DNA from: Nanobdellota archaeon
GTDB lineage: Archaea; Nanobdellota; Nanobdellia; Pacearchaeales; GW2011-AR1
Length of the DNA stretch: 64,000 nucleotides
Assembly (NCBI GenBank): GCA_021818475.1
Contig: JAKADZ010000003.1
Coordinates: 27,988 to 91,987, forward strand
Direction: 5' to 3'
The first letter of the stretch is position 1, and every line of letters starts with the position of its first letter. Below, in pieces: positions 27,611 through 36,777 of the stretch. A program made the position numbers and the translations under genes. The notes beneath the pieces were generated by a model, which had not been told where the DNA came from, did no database searches, and was given only the letters and a program-made list of their open reading frames with translations.

Positions 27611-28297
27611 ATGGTAAAAACTCGCATCAGCCATGAGCACACTTTTAAAGGGAAAAACTGGAAAGAAGAACCGATTAGGTTCGTCTTCATTCCGGCTAAG
27701 ATAAAAGACGAGATTGATGAGAAAAAAATAAGCTCCCTGAAACTTCCCAAGACTTTAGCAATTGCTTATTCAATTCAATATAAGCCTATTGCAGAAAAAA
27801 TAAAGGAAATTCTTTCCAAGAATCATGAAATTACTTCAATAATTCAGGTTCTTGGCTGTTCTTCACCAAAATTTTCAAAAAACACAAAAGCAATTTTGCT
27901 TGTCGGTTCAGGAAGATTTCACGCTTTCTCCCTGCAGTTTGAGACAGGGATTCCTGTTTATATCTTGGAAGCAGATGAGCTGAAAAAAATTTCCGGCGAG
28001 GAAGTTGAATCTTTCAGGAAGAAAAAAACTGCATCTTACCTTAAATTTTTGAATGCAGACAAAGTAGGGGTATTGATATCAACAAAACCCGGGCAGGAAA
28101 ATCTGAAAACTGCTCTTTCTCTTAAATTAAAAGATAAAAAACAATATTTCTTTTTGGGGAATAACATTGATACTCGGGAATTTGAAAATTTTGGATTAAC
28201 TTCATGGGTGAATACTGCCTGTCCCCGACTGGATTATGACAGCTCAGTAATAAACCTTGCAAATTTAAACTCGGGCAAGTCCAAAAACAGTTTTTAA
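27611..28297 (+). CDS. diphthamide synthase Dph2-like protein, apparently N-terminally truncated (two of three domains)
   Basis: ILLVGSGRFHAFSL, VGVLISTKPGQENL, WVNTACPRLDYD resemble Dph1/Dph2 domain motifs; 228 aa versus ~330 expected. The first ~25 codons are repeat family 2, copy b. Confidence 0.4.
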   Translation: MVKTRISHEHTFKGKNWKEEPIRFVFIPAKIKDEIDEKKISSLKLPKTLAIAYSIQYKPIAEKIKEILSKNHEITSIIQVLGCSSPKFSKNTKAILLVGSGRFHAFSLQFETGIPVYILEADELKKISGEEVESFRKKKTASYLKFLNADKVGVLISTKPGQENLKTALSLKLKDKKQYFFLGNNIDTREFENFGLTSWVNTACPRLDYDSSVINLANLNSGKSKNSF

Positions 28298-28651
28298 TGC
28301 TACAATAATAGTTGCGGGAATGAATAATGCAAGCAATGCTGCAAAGGCTGTGGAAACTACATCTCCGAGACCGATGCCAATCAGGGAACTTATTGCACTT
28401 TCCATCCCAAATCTGCTTACTATGACTATAATTGTTCCTGTGATAAGAAAAGTTTGTGAATCTCTGCCAGTTGCATTTACTGATGCCCCCACGATTAATC
28501 CCAGGATTACCAATATTAAATAAATAAAACTGCTGTATCTTGTAAGAGCAGGAATAGGTATCAGACTCATTGATATTCCTATAATTAATGCAAGAATAAC
28601 TGCGACAAGAAATGCCCAGGCTCCGACAGAATTCTCTTTTGATTTTAACAT
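28265..28651 (-). CDS. integral membrane protein, hypothetical
   Basis: 128 aa with 4 TM helices. Confidence 0.35.
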   Translation of the reverse strand: MLKSKENSVGAWAFLVAVILALIIGISMSLIPIPALTRYSSFIYLILVILGLIVGASVNATGRDSQTFLITGTIIVIVSRFGMESAISSLIGIGLGDVVSTAFAALLALFIPATIIVALKTVFGLARV

Positions 28652-28750
28652 AATAAATTAATTCTTAAAAAATATTTAAATCTTTCATTTAACGTATATT
28701 TTGCAGGACGAAAAAATTTATAAACGATAGCAACTCCGCAATGATTACAC

Positions 28751-30397
28751 ATGAAATCAAAATCATTACCTTTGCTCATTTTTGGAGTTTTGGCATTATC
28801 GGTTCTTATGAATTTTGCAAGCGCAGATGTTAGTTTTTCTAACCCCGTGTTTAATTCAAACAACACATTCAGTGTTACTGCAACAAGCACTACATCAACT
28901 AGTGAGACAATAACATCTTTGACTCCCGTTTTAACTGATGCATATGGGACAAATTATACTCCTGTTTTGGCAAATACTCCTAATTTGGTTTTTAATTCAA
29001 CTAATTCAACTCATTTAACTGAAACAATTACTTACTCAATCCCAACAGGATTCATATTTCAATCAACAGGAGGATTGGCTTCTTTTTCATTAACTGGAAC
29101 TGGAACTACTGTAACTCCTTTATCTTATACATTTCAGGATCAGCCACAGCAGGTAACTTCCTGCCAATTGACTGGAAAAAATAATCCTGCAAATAATCTT
29201 GAAGTAAGCATAGACTCAACAAATGTTGTTGACGGATATGGAAGTGATTTAACCTGGTATCCTTTGGATGATATTGAAGCAAAAGTAATTGTAACTAACA
29301 ATGGTCCAGATACTGTAAGAGATATTCAGGTTAGATGGGTTTTATATGACACCACAACAAAGAAAAAAATTATTTCTGGAACTCAGGATACTTTCAGCTT
29401 GAGAGGAGACGGAACTGACAAAACAGTGAATGTTGATTTTAAATTAGATTCAGTCAGCAATTTAAACAGCGGAGATAATTATGTATTCTATGCATGGGCT
29501 ACAGGAGATGATGAAGCTTATGATGGAAATCCCCAGACATGCGCAGCAGGAAATTCAGATAATATTAATGTAAACATCGATTCTCATTTTGTTGTTTTAG
29601 ACTCATTGACAATTCCAAGTTCTGTTAATTGTGGAGGAACAGCTCAGGTAACAGGAACTGCATGGAACATTGGGGAAGACGATGAAAATAATGTTTATCT
29701 TGTGGTGTACAACAGCCAGCTTGGAATAAATCAAAGAGTAAATATCGGAGATATTTCTCAGGAAGACAGCAGAGATTTCTCTTTCACATTAAATGTCCCT
29801 GACGGAACTCCTGTCGGAACTTACTCATTGACTTTGAATCCATATAACGATGACAATGATATTTTTGAAAATGACAATAATGACAAATCAACCTCTCAGT
29901 TGATTTTAAATGTAAATCAAAGCTGCTCAACTGTTCCTCAGGTTTCAGTCGCTGCAAATCTGCAGTCTCAGGCTAAATCAGGGCAGGAGTTAGACGTTGA
30001 AGCGACAATAGTAAATACAGGTTCAGAAACAACTACTTACAATATGGATTTGGATAATTATACAAGTTGGGCTTCATTAATCAGCATGGATAAAACTTCA
30101 GTTACATTAAACGCGGGAGCTTCACAGGATGTTTTAATAAAATTAAAAGTAAATAATGATGCTTCAGGCGACCAGAAATTCAATCTGAATGTCAGAGATG
30201 GAACCAAAGTTTTGGCTCAGCCTATTCTGGTTTCAGTTGAAAAAGGATTTTCATTTGCCGGACTTACAGGATTTGTAACCAATCTTGGCGGGGACAATTG
30301 GTATTTGTGGGGAATTGGAGCATTAAACTTAATCTTAGTTGTAGTTATAATTGCCGTAGCATTGAAAGTTGTAAGGAAAAATAAAAAGAGTGAATAA
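28751..30397 (+). CDS. secreted surface protein with CARDB-like Ig domains and a C-terminal TM anchor
   Basis: Signal peptide MKSKSLPLLIFGVLALSVLMNFASA; Thr/Ser-rich; C-terminal WYLWGIGALNLILVVVIIAVALKVVRKNKK. Confidence 0.5.
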   Translation: MKSKSLPLLIFGVLALSVLMNFASADVSFSNPVFNSNNTFSVTATSTTSTSETITSLTPVLTDAYGTNYTPVLANTPNLVFNSTNSTHLTETITYSIPTGFIFQSTGGLASFSLTGTGTTVTPLSYTFQDQPQQVTSCQLTGKNNPANNLEVSIDSTNVVDGYGSDLTWYPLDDIEAKVIVTNNGPDTVRDIQVRWVLYDTTTKKKIISGTQDTFSLRGDGTDKTVNVDFKLDSVSNLNSGDNYVFYAWATGDDEAYDGNPQTCAAGNSDNINVNIDSHFVVLDSLTIPSSVNCGGTAQVTGTAWNIGEDDENNVYLVVYNSQLGINQRVNIGDISQEDSRDFSFTLNVPDGTPVGTYSLTLNPYNDDNDIFENDNNDKSTSQLILNVNQSCSTVPQVSVAANLQSQAKSGQELDVEATIVNTGSETTTYNMDLDNYTSWASLISMDKTSVTLNAGASQDVLIKLKVNNDASGDQKFNLNVRDGTKVLAQPILVSVEKGFSFAGLTGFVTNLGGDNWYLWGIGALNLILVVVIIAVALKVVRKNKKSE

Positions 30398-30405
30398 GAA
30401 AAGGC

Positions 30406-30729
30406 ATGATTTTTTTAAATAATGTTCTCCGGGATTTTGTTCATAACTTTGTTGTAATAAGAAGCAATTATTTTGAAACAGGTGAAGTGGCAGGTGTAAT
30501 AAAATGCGGAATTAAAATGGATTACTCCAACGGGGAGCATTTTATTTTTGAACCTAATTTAAACGGAAAAGAATCTCTCAGCGCTTCCTACTGGTTTGTA
30601 TCTTATGACAAAAAATTAAATGTCAGACTTTTAACTTCTAAAAAAAATGAGCAGGGGATAATTTCAGGAATCGGCATTCATAATTTTATCCCGTTAAGAT
30701 ATTCTTTATTGAAAGAATTTGGAGAATAA
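30406..30729 (+). CDS. hypothetical protein (107 aa)
   Basis: ORF only. Confidence 0.3.
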   Translation: MIFLNNVLRDFVHNFVVIRSNYFETGEVAGVIKCGIKMDYSNGEHFIFEPNLNGKESLSASYWFVSYDKKLNVRLLTSKKNEQGIISGIGIHNFIPLRYSLLKEFGE

Positions 30730-31344
30730 TTATTTTCTGAAAATTTTATTATAAACTTTTTCTCCCCATCTGTTTTCTTTTTCAATATTCATCACCAGCA
30801 ATCCGATGATATATCCTATCAGCCCTCCGCTTATTACATCACTGACAAAATGAACTCCGAAATAAACCCTGGAAAATGCAACAAGCACTGCAAAAATAAT
30901 CCAGAATTTTTTAAGTCTTGGAAATTCTTTTGATAATATCGGAACTGCACAGAATGCAATCATGCTTTCAAATGATGGAAATGAAAAATTCCACGTCGAG
31001 AAACCTACTTCCCGAAGAGCGGGAAGCAACGGAACAATTCCCATCTGGAATGGTCTTGGTCTCTGGACTGTTATTTTCAATATAAATGCGACTATTACAG
31101 ATATTGCCAGGGAAGCCCATAACGGAAGTATCCATTTCCTTTTTCTCTCGCTCCATAAAAAAAGAGAAGTAAGAATAAAAGAAAACATTATTTCCGAGCT
31201 TGCAAAAGTTATTCCAAGAAAAAATTCATCAAGAATTGCATTTCTCAGAAAAGAAATATCTTTTATCAGTGCATTATCAAAATAAAGACTTACAAAAATC
31301 GCGGCAATCGTTATTATAACAAAAATTATTCCCTTTTTTTTCAT
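30730..31344 (-). CDS. PAP2-superfamily membrane phosphatase (motif 2 His not conserved)
   Basis: Motif 1 KITVQRPRP (KxxxxxxRP); motif 3 SRVYFGVHFVSD (SRxxxxxHxxxD); motif 2 reads SFPSFES rather than PSGH. Confidence 0.6.
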   Translation of the reverse strand: MKKKGIIFVIITIAAIFVSLYFDNALIKDISFLRNAILDEFFLGITFASSEIMFSFILTSLFLWSERKRKWILPLWASLAISVIVAFILKITVQRPRPFQMGIVPLLPALREVGFSTWNFSFPSFESMIAFCAVPILSKEFPRLKKFWIIFAVLVAFSRVYFGVHFVSDVISGGLIGYIIGLLVMNIEKENRWGEKVYNKIFRK

Positions 31345-31392
31345 ATTTTTATCAACAAGAAATTATTTAAATATGTTTCTCTATTCCTTGAA

Positions 31393-31923
31393 ATGAAAAA
31401 AAGAGACTGGATAGATATTGCATTAAGATACTCTATACTTTTAATTATAGGAATAATTGGTAATCAATTTTTTTATTCAATATTTTCTTATATCACTATT
31501 CAGCCTGTTTTTTTGCTCTTAAGCATTTTTTATAATCCTGCTTTAATCTCGTCGGTGATTGTGATAAACAGCCTTCCTCTCGAGATAATCGGCGCCTGCG
31601 TTGCAGGCTCTGCATATTATCTTCTTTTAATCCTGAATCTGTCAGTTCCAAATATAAAATTTCTGAAAAGAGTTTACATCCTTCTTTTTTCATTTGCATT
31701 ATTATTAATTGTAAACATACTGAGAATTTTTCTGCTTTCAGTTCTTTATGTAAATCAATGGCCGTTCTTTGATATTACTCATGAGCTGTTCTGGTATGCA
31801 GGAAGCATATTATTTGTAGTTGGAATCTGGTTCTTAAGTGTATATCTATTTAAGATAAAAGAGATACCTTTCTATTCAGACATAAAAAATATACTTGGCC
31901 TCAGAAGAAAAAGAAAAAAATAA
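31393..31923 (+). CDS. small polytopic membrane protein, possibly a minimal exosortase/archaeosortase-family protein
   Basis: 176 aa, 5 TM helices; Cys in EIIGACVAGSAY and Arg in IVNILRIFLL resemble the Cys/Arg active-site motifs of the family. Weak. Confidence 0.3.
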   Translation: MKKRDWIDIALRYSILLIIGIIGNQFFYSIFSYITIQPVFLLLSIFYNPALISSVIVINSLPLEIIGACVAGSAYYLLLILNLSVPNIKFLKRVYILLFSFALLLIVNILRIFLLSVLYVNQWPFFDITHELFWYAGSILFVVGIWFLSVYLFKIKEIPFYSDIKNILGLRRKRKK

Positions 31924-31925
31924 TT

Positions 31926-32678
31926 TTATTTGCTCATAACTGAATTAACATAAGCAAGAGTTTCAACCATAAATTTTTCTGTTGCAGGAAGAATCTCGCA
32001 GTTGTTTACATAAACATCATAGCAGCTTGGACCAAACTGAACAATCTTTGTTTCATTTGCTTCCTGTATATTCAGATACATATATCGCCCCTGCAAATCA
32101 CAGCTTGCATTTTCATCTTTTATCACTTTCACTCCGAGTACGCTGTATAAATTTACTACATTAGCTACTGCAATGACTCCGCTTCCCCCGCAATTTAAGT
32201 TGTTGGTTGTATTCAGAACCATATTCTTTAAAAGAGAAATGCTCCCGTTAAATGCCATTGTATCAAAAGTTCTTGGATCAGTTCTCAGATAAAAATTATA
32301 ATTTGCCAAAGAGCCGTTATAAGTCACAGGAAGCGATGTTTTGTAAAGTGTTTTTCCGACTAAGTCAGTTTTGTCTATTGTAAATTTTACTCCTTTATAT
32401 TCAAAATTATTTTGGGAGACCATTATAAAATAAACTGCAAAAAACATTGCAGCAAGCCCCAAGACAACTGCAAGAATTATCCAGAGTGTTTTTTTCTCTT
32501 TTTTCAGCTGTTCTTTTGAAGCAATATCTTTCTCGCTTTCAATGCCGCAGCTCTTTATCTCCTGTTCTTTTCCATTTCTCTCGACGTCAAAAACTTCGCA
32601 GACTTCTTCCTTAACAACAGGAGTTTTCTCTTTTCTTGCAGCCTTCTTTTTTCCGCTCTCTTTTTTATCTTTAGCCAT
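31926..32678 (-). CDS. type II membrane-anchored extracellular protein, hypothetical
   Basis: Charged N-terminus, single TM LWIILAVVLGLAAMFFAVYFIM, Cys-containing ectodomain. Confidence 0.4.
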   Translation of the reverse strand: MAKDKKESGKKKAARKEKTPVVKEEVCEVFDVERNGKEQEIKSCGIESEKDIASKEQLKKEKKTLWIILAVVLGLAAMFFAVYFIMVSQNNFEYKGVKFTIDKTDLVGKTLYKTSLPVTYNGSLANYNFYLRTDPRTFDTMAFNGSISLLKNMVLNTTNNLNCGGSGVIAVANVVNLYSVLGVKVIKDENASCDLQGRYMYLNIQEANETKIVQFGPSCYDVYVNNCEILPATEKFMVETLAYVNSVMSK

Positions 32679-32709
32679 CTTGTTAAAAATTATTTTTAAT
32701 TTATAAGGT

Positions 32710-33327
32710 TTATTGTATTCCGATTATCTTCAGCAAAAAGCTGTCGCTCATCCGGGAAAGGTTCTCTGCAGGTCCGCTTATGAAGACACAGTTATTCTGC
32801 TGAGTTATTCCTGTCGAACTGTTCTCTCTTATTATAATAAAATTGTCGCTGCAGGTTTTAACAGGGAAATTTCCGCTGCATGGTTCTCCTGCAACACAAG
32901 CATCCTGCACTCTCTCTGCGATTGGATTAAGATAAAATAAATTTCTGTAAATTTCTGTTTCTGCATCTGAACTGTCTGAACTTATGTAAAGCGGTTTTCC
33001 GCTGTAGCTGTCAATTGAGTTTAATGTTGAATTTGTTTTATAAATTTCATAAGGATTGTACTCAAAAGAAAAATTAAGATTTCCCTTGTTCATGTCCCAT
33101 AAATTTGTTGAAGAATCCTGCGTGAATCTGAATCCGTTATAATCCACTGTAACTGTCCCGCTCTGTCCGTTGCTGTTTAATGAATAACCCAGAAGGCTGA
33201 ACACCATTACAAGAATTAAAATCGTTCCGACAAGAAGCTGATTTCTCCTTCTCTTTTTTTCTGCTTTCTCTTTTGAAATTATTTTTCTCATTTGTTTGGC
33301 AAAAACTTCCCCCTTTTTGGCGAACAA
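32710..33327 (-). CDS. type II membrane-anchored extracellular protein, hypothetical (same architecture as 31926-32678)
   Basis: Basic N-terminus, TM LLVGTILILVMVFSLLGY, ectodomain with CVAGEPCSG. Confidence 0.4.
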   Translation of the reverse strand: MFAKKGEVFAKQMRKIISKEKAEKKRRRNQLLVGTILILVMVFSLLGYSLNSNGQSGTVTVDYNGFRFTQDSSTNLWDMNKGNLNFSFEYNPYEIYKTNSTLNSIDSYSGKPLYISSDSSDAETEIYRNLFYLNPIAERVQDACVAGEPCSGNFPVKTCSDNFIIIRENSSTGITQQNNCVFISGPAENLSRMSDSFLLKIIGIQ

Positions 33328-33530
33328 ACTAAAAATTCTTCCTGAATTTTTTGGCTTCGCTGGGAAAAATTTATTTTTCTCCTGATAAAAGATAGGAAAT
33401 TTGGCTTATAAATTTTTATCTTCATACAGCTCCCTCTTTTATTCTATTTTCTATTCCGCAAAAAATTCTTTTATATTAATTTATTTTCCATCAATTAAAA
33501 ACTTGGCTAAGCCGATTTTGAATTTTTATT

Positions 33531-33700
33531 AAAGTAAACTTTTTCTTAAATAAATTTTATGGCTGCCGCCAAGAATTAAAAAAAGAAAGAAAGCACAAAT
33601 CAAAGATTTGTACTAACACAAAGATGTTGTGTTAAAGTAAACTTTTTCTTAAAATAATTTTCATGGCTACCGCCAAGAATTAAAAAAAGAAAGAAAAAGA
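33531..33700 (+). repeat. tandem ~104-nt direct repeat (2 copies) just 3' of the S-layer-like gene; each copy carries a TATA-like box and a 6-codon mini-ORF
   Basis: AAGTAAACTTTTTCTTAAATAAATTTTATGGCTGCCGCCAAGAATTAAAAAAAGAAAGAAAG (33531-33593) versus AAGTAAACTTTTTCTTAAAATAATTTTCATGGCTACCGCCAAGAATTAAAAAAAGAAAGAAAAAG (33637-33700); mini-ORFs MAAAKN (33559-33579) and MATAKN (33663-33683). Confidence 0.6.
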
Positions 33701-33723
33701 AAAATAAAAAATAAAATCTAGTT

Positions 33724-36399
33724 TTAAGCGCTAGTTGTTGTGCTTGTACTTGTTGTTACAAGTGTAGCTGTTGTTGCAGAAGTACCTTGGTATTTCTTTC
33801 CAACAGTTGTATCCACAGTTTGTGTTCTTAAGTAAGTAGCAGCGTTTACAGTGTCTGCAGCTTCATAACCTGCAACAAGCAATGCAACCTTACCAGTTGT
33901 GTAAGGGCTTGCGAAGCTTTGGATCAAGAATTGTCCTGAACCAATGCCAGTAGCAGTTGTGAAATCAGCACCGCATGCAGCTGAACCTAACAAATTAGCA
34001 GCAACTGAATTTACGCAGCTTCCGCCAACTACGATTAAGTTCTTAGCACTTACTCCGCTAACTTCAGCATCTGTTACAAGAACATCTCCAAGTTGAGTTG
34101 CTCCTGTTGTTGATACCTGGCCAGCTGTTACTGTAGCAGAAACTGCTCCAGCATAAACCTGTGCATAAACTTGTTCACTTGGATAGCTTATTGAAGCTAT
34201 ATACTGATCAGAATCACTTGTATCTATTGTTGCAATACTACCATATAGGTCTGCTTTAGTTGTAAGCTTATTATTGCTATGCAATGTTAAGGCTGAACTA
34301 TTTGCGTAAGTGTCTGCAACTCCAGTAGTAGAAGAACTAACTCCTACTTTAGCTCCTGCACGTTCAGTTGTGATAACCATACCATTATAGTTATTGTTAT
34401 CATCTTTAGCTTCAATGACTTGTACTGCAGGTCCTGTTATCTGTGCTCCTCCTGGTTGGATTGGGGTTATTTGAAGTGCTTCAGAAGTTCCAGTACCAGA
34501 TACATTATAATTAAATTCTCCTGCGTGTAATATAGTAGAAGAACTTGTATCTGCTGTATTAATCAAAACACTATTTACTGTCCAATAACCAGTTGCAGTA
34601 GCATTACTTTCTGCAGAAGCAACAGTATACGTTTGATACTGTCCGTTTCCAAGAGGGAACATCAATCCAGTTACATTACTGGTTGCAATTCCATTCCAAC
34701 TTAGTAAGCTAGGGATTGTAGTAGGTTCCCAAAATGCAACTTTAGCTCCATCTTGAGTCTGTATCGTTGGATACAATATTACATTTCCACTAGCACTATC
34801 TGGATAACCAATACTAACATTCTTTCCAGAAGTTAGTACACTTCCGGCAACTCCTGGTTGTATAGTCAAGCTGTAAGACTTGCCTCCAACAGTTACTGTT
34901 CCAGTTGATGTACCTGCAACGAATGTAGAATCTATTGTGCTTCCTGTAGATTCATCAACAAATTTTACATCTGTATTAGTTGAGGTATTCAAAATACTTT
35001 GAACTTTCAAAAGATATCCTGAATTTTCATTTCCTACAACAACATAGTCTCCTTCATGAAGGAGTTTACCTTCACGAACGCTTATGTTATGTCCGTCATC
35101 GTCATGTACAAGACTGAACCATCCACCTGTTGATGAATTCTTTGCGAATACAGTAGAAATTGGATTTCCATTGTAATCGTTGAAAGCTAATTGTAGCTTG
35201 TCATCACCAGCAGAAGTTACTGCAATATTCTCTCTTGATGAAGAGTTTGCAGGAACATTTAATCCGGCAAAGTTAACTTGCACTGTTCCGAATGCAGGGT
35301 CAACATAAGAACTTCCTGGAAGTATAGCATCATGGTCTGAATCTACTGCATAGTCAGATATTGTAAGTGAAGTTAAGTTTTGTGGAGTTCCTGTCCCAAA
35401 ACTAACCATTGTCCCTTGTACAACATCATTATTGTCCCCAGTTTCGATTGATTGACCATTTATTAAAGTTAACTTATCAGAACCGGCAACAACTGATGCA
35501 GATACTACATTACCTGCCTGGCTTGAGCTTGTTACTGCAATAGTTATGCCCTGTATCTTCTTTGAAGATGCTTCGTTAACTGTTTCAGTTTCGCTTGCTC
35601 CAGTAGAGTCTGTAACTTTTATTGTTGAAGAAGTGCTTGTACCAGAAATTAATTCTACTGTATAAGTCATTCCTCCGATTGTTACAGTTGTTTGTGCATT
35701 AGGACTGCTTGCAGTTGCGCTTGATACATCCTTTGTCAAATCTATTTTCTGTGCGCTCTTTAAAAGAACTAAATCATTTGCATCTGTAGAAGAACTAACA
35801 GTAAAGTCAGTTCCAAATAAATGCAATGTTTGTCCTTCTGAGTTTGCATCAGTGAAATTTACAGCTTTATTGAATGTAGCTGTAAGATTCATCAAAGGAG
35901 CTGAACTTGTTGTGTTCAATAATATCCCATATTGAGGATCATCTGAACTTGTAGGTTGTTGTGCGAAGATTAATCTTGGAGCTTGACCAACAGTTATTGT
36001 TTGTTGTATATTGGCATCAACGTTTCCAGAGAATTCTTCATCTGCCAAAACTGTAGGTAAATCGGTCTTTGTTATAACTGTTTTAACAGTGTTTAACGGA
36101 TCATTTAAGTACAATTTTGTTCCGCCTGTGAACAATGGAGTTGCTTCTCCTGAAACACTTCCAGTTGTTGAAGTAGTGCCTCCAGCCATGTAAGACTGCA
36201 AGTTACTTTGAATGTTTCCAGCCTGAACTACATCAAGTGAAGAAACACCGGCGCCAGTACCATAAACTATTGCTACATCTGCAGCTCCAGATACCACGAA
36301 TGGACTTGGATAATTTGCCGCAGCAGCAACGCCCATAGTCATGCCTACCATCAATGCGCTAGCCGCAATTGCTGATACTTTTTTGAAATTTAATCTCAT
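33724..36399 (-). CDS. giant Thr/Ser/Gly-rich secreted surface (S-layer-like) protein
   Basis: Signal peptide MRLNFKKVSAIAASALMVGMTMGVAAAANYPSP; ~890 aa of low-complexity beta-rich sequence; strong SD AGGAGGT 8 nt before the ATG at 36399 (the ORF-track start at 36495 is upstream of this). Confidence 0.6.
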   Translation of the reverse strand: MRLNFKKVSAIAASALMVGMTMGVAAAANYPSPFVVSGAADVAIVYGTGAGVSSLDVVQAGNIQSNLQSYMAGGTTSTTGSVSGEATPLFTGGTKLYLNDPLNTVKTVITKTDLPTVLADEEFSGNVDANIQQTITVGQAPRLIFAQQPTSSDDPQYGILLNTTSSAPLMNLTATFNKAVNFTDANSEGQTLHLFGTDFTVSSSTDANDLVLLKSAQKIDLTKDVSSATASSPNAQTTVTIGGMTYTVELISGTSTSSTIKVTDSTGASETETVNEASSKKIQGITIAVTSSSQAGNVVSASVVAGSDKLTLINGQSIETGDNNDVVQGTMVSFGTGTPQNLTSLTISDYAVDSDHDAILPGSSYVDPAFGTVQVNFAGLNVPANSSSRENIAVTSAGDDKLQLAFNDYNGNPISTVFAKNSSTGGWFSLVHDDDGHNISVREGKLLHEGDYVVVGNENSGYLLKVQSILNTSTNTDVKFVDESTGSTIDSTFVAGTSTGTVTVGGKSYSLTIQPGVAGSVLTSGKNVSIGYPDSASGNVILYPTIQTQDGAKVAFWEPTTIPSLLSWNGIATSNVTGLMFPLGNGQYQTYTVASAESNATATGYWTVNSVLINTADTSSSTILHAGEFNYNVSGTGTSEALQITPIQPGGAQITGPAVQVIEAKDDNNNYNGMVITTERAGAKVGVSSSTTGVADTYANSSALTLHSNNKLTTKADLYGSIATIDTSDSDQYIASISYPSEQVYAQVYAGAVSATVTAGQVSTTGATQLGDVLVTDAEVSGVSAKNLIVVGGSCVNSVAANLLGSAACGADFTTATGIGSGQFLIQSFASPYTTGKVALLVAGYEAADTVNAATYLRTQTVDTTVGKKYQGTSATTATLVTTSTSTTTSA

Positions 36400-36407
36400 C
36401 TTTTTTA

Positions 36408-36413
36408 ACCTCC
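36408..36413 (-). promoter_or_regulatory. Shine-Dalgarno GGAGGT for the S-layer-like gene
   Basis: Reverse strand reads AGGAGGTTAAAAAAGATG. Confidence 0.55.
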
Positions 36414-36656
36414 TTTCAACTCTTTTTAACATGTTGTCTATGACAACCATCGTCTCAACGTGATATATAGGGTAATATCCTGTTGAGATGAACATTAATT
36501 TTCTAACACCCTATTAGAACACCCTTGCGAGTGTTATAGACAAAAATCCGTTTTGCTTTAAAAAACTTATTATGGCTCTTTATCATTCCTACATGAAAAT
36601 GTGGTTTTTTAGCCATTTTATTTATAAGGGTGATGGTATCACTTAATTATGATTAC

Positions 36657-36678
36657 ACTTTCAGGCAGCCGCCTGAAA
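36657..36678. promoter_or_regulatory. perfect GC-rich hairpin CTTTCAGGC-AGCC-GCCTGAAAG in the divergent intergenic region
   Basis: 9-bp stem and 4-nt loop seen directly; lies between the S-layer-like gene (-) and the HTH regulator (+). Confidence 0.4.
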
Positions 36679-36777
36679 GAAATATTTATTAATTCAACCT
36701 CTGTCTATATAATATATTCAAATAAAAACATATATGTTAAATATATAATAACCTAAATATATAAATAAAAATACCAT

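Noticed and set aside
33531-33700. CRISPR-like array
   Set aside because: Only two repeat copies, ~104-nt period, AT-rich and non-palindromic; no cas genes in the window. No CRISPR array found anywhere in the 64 kb.
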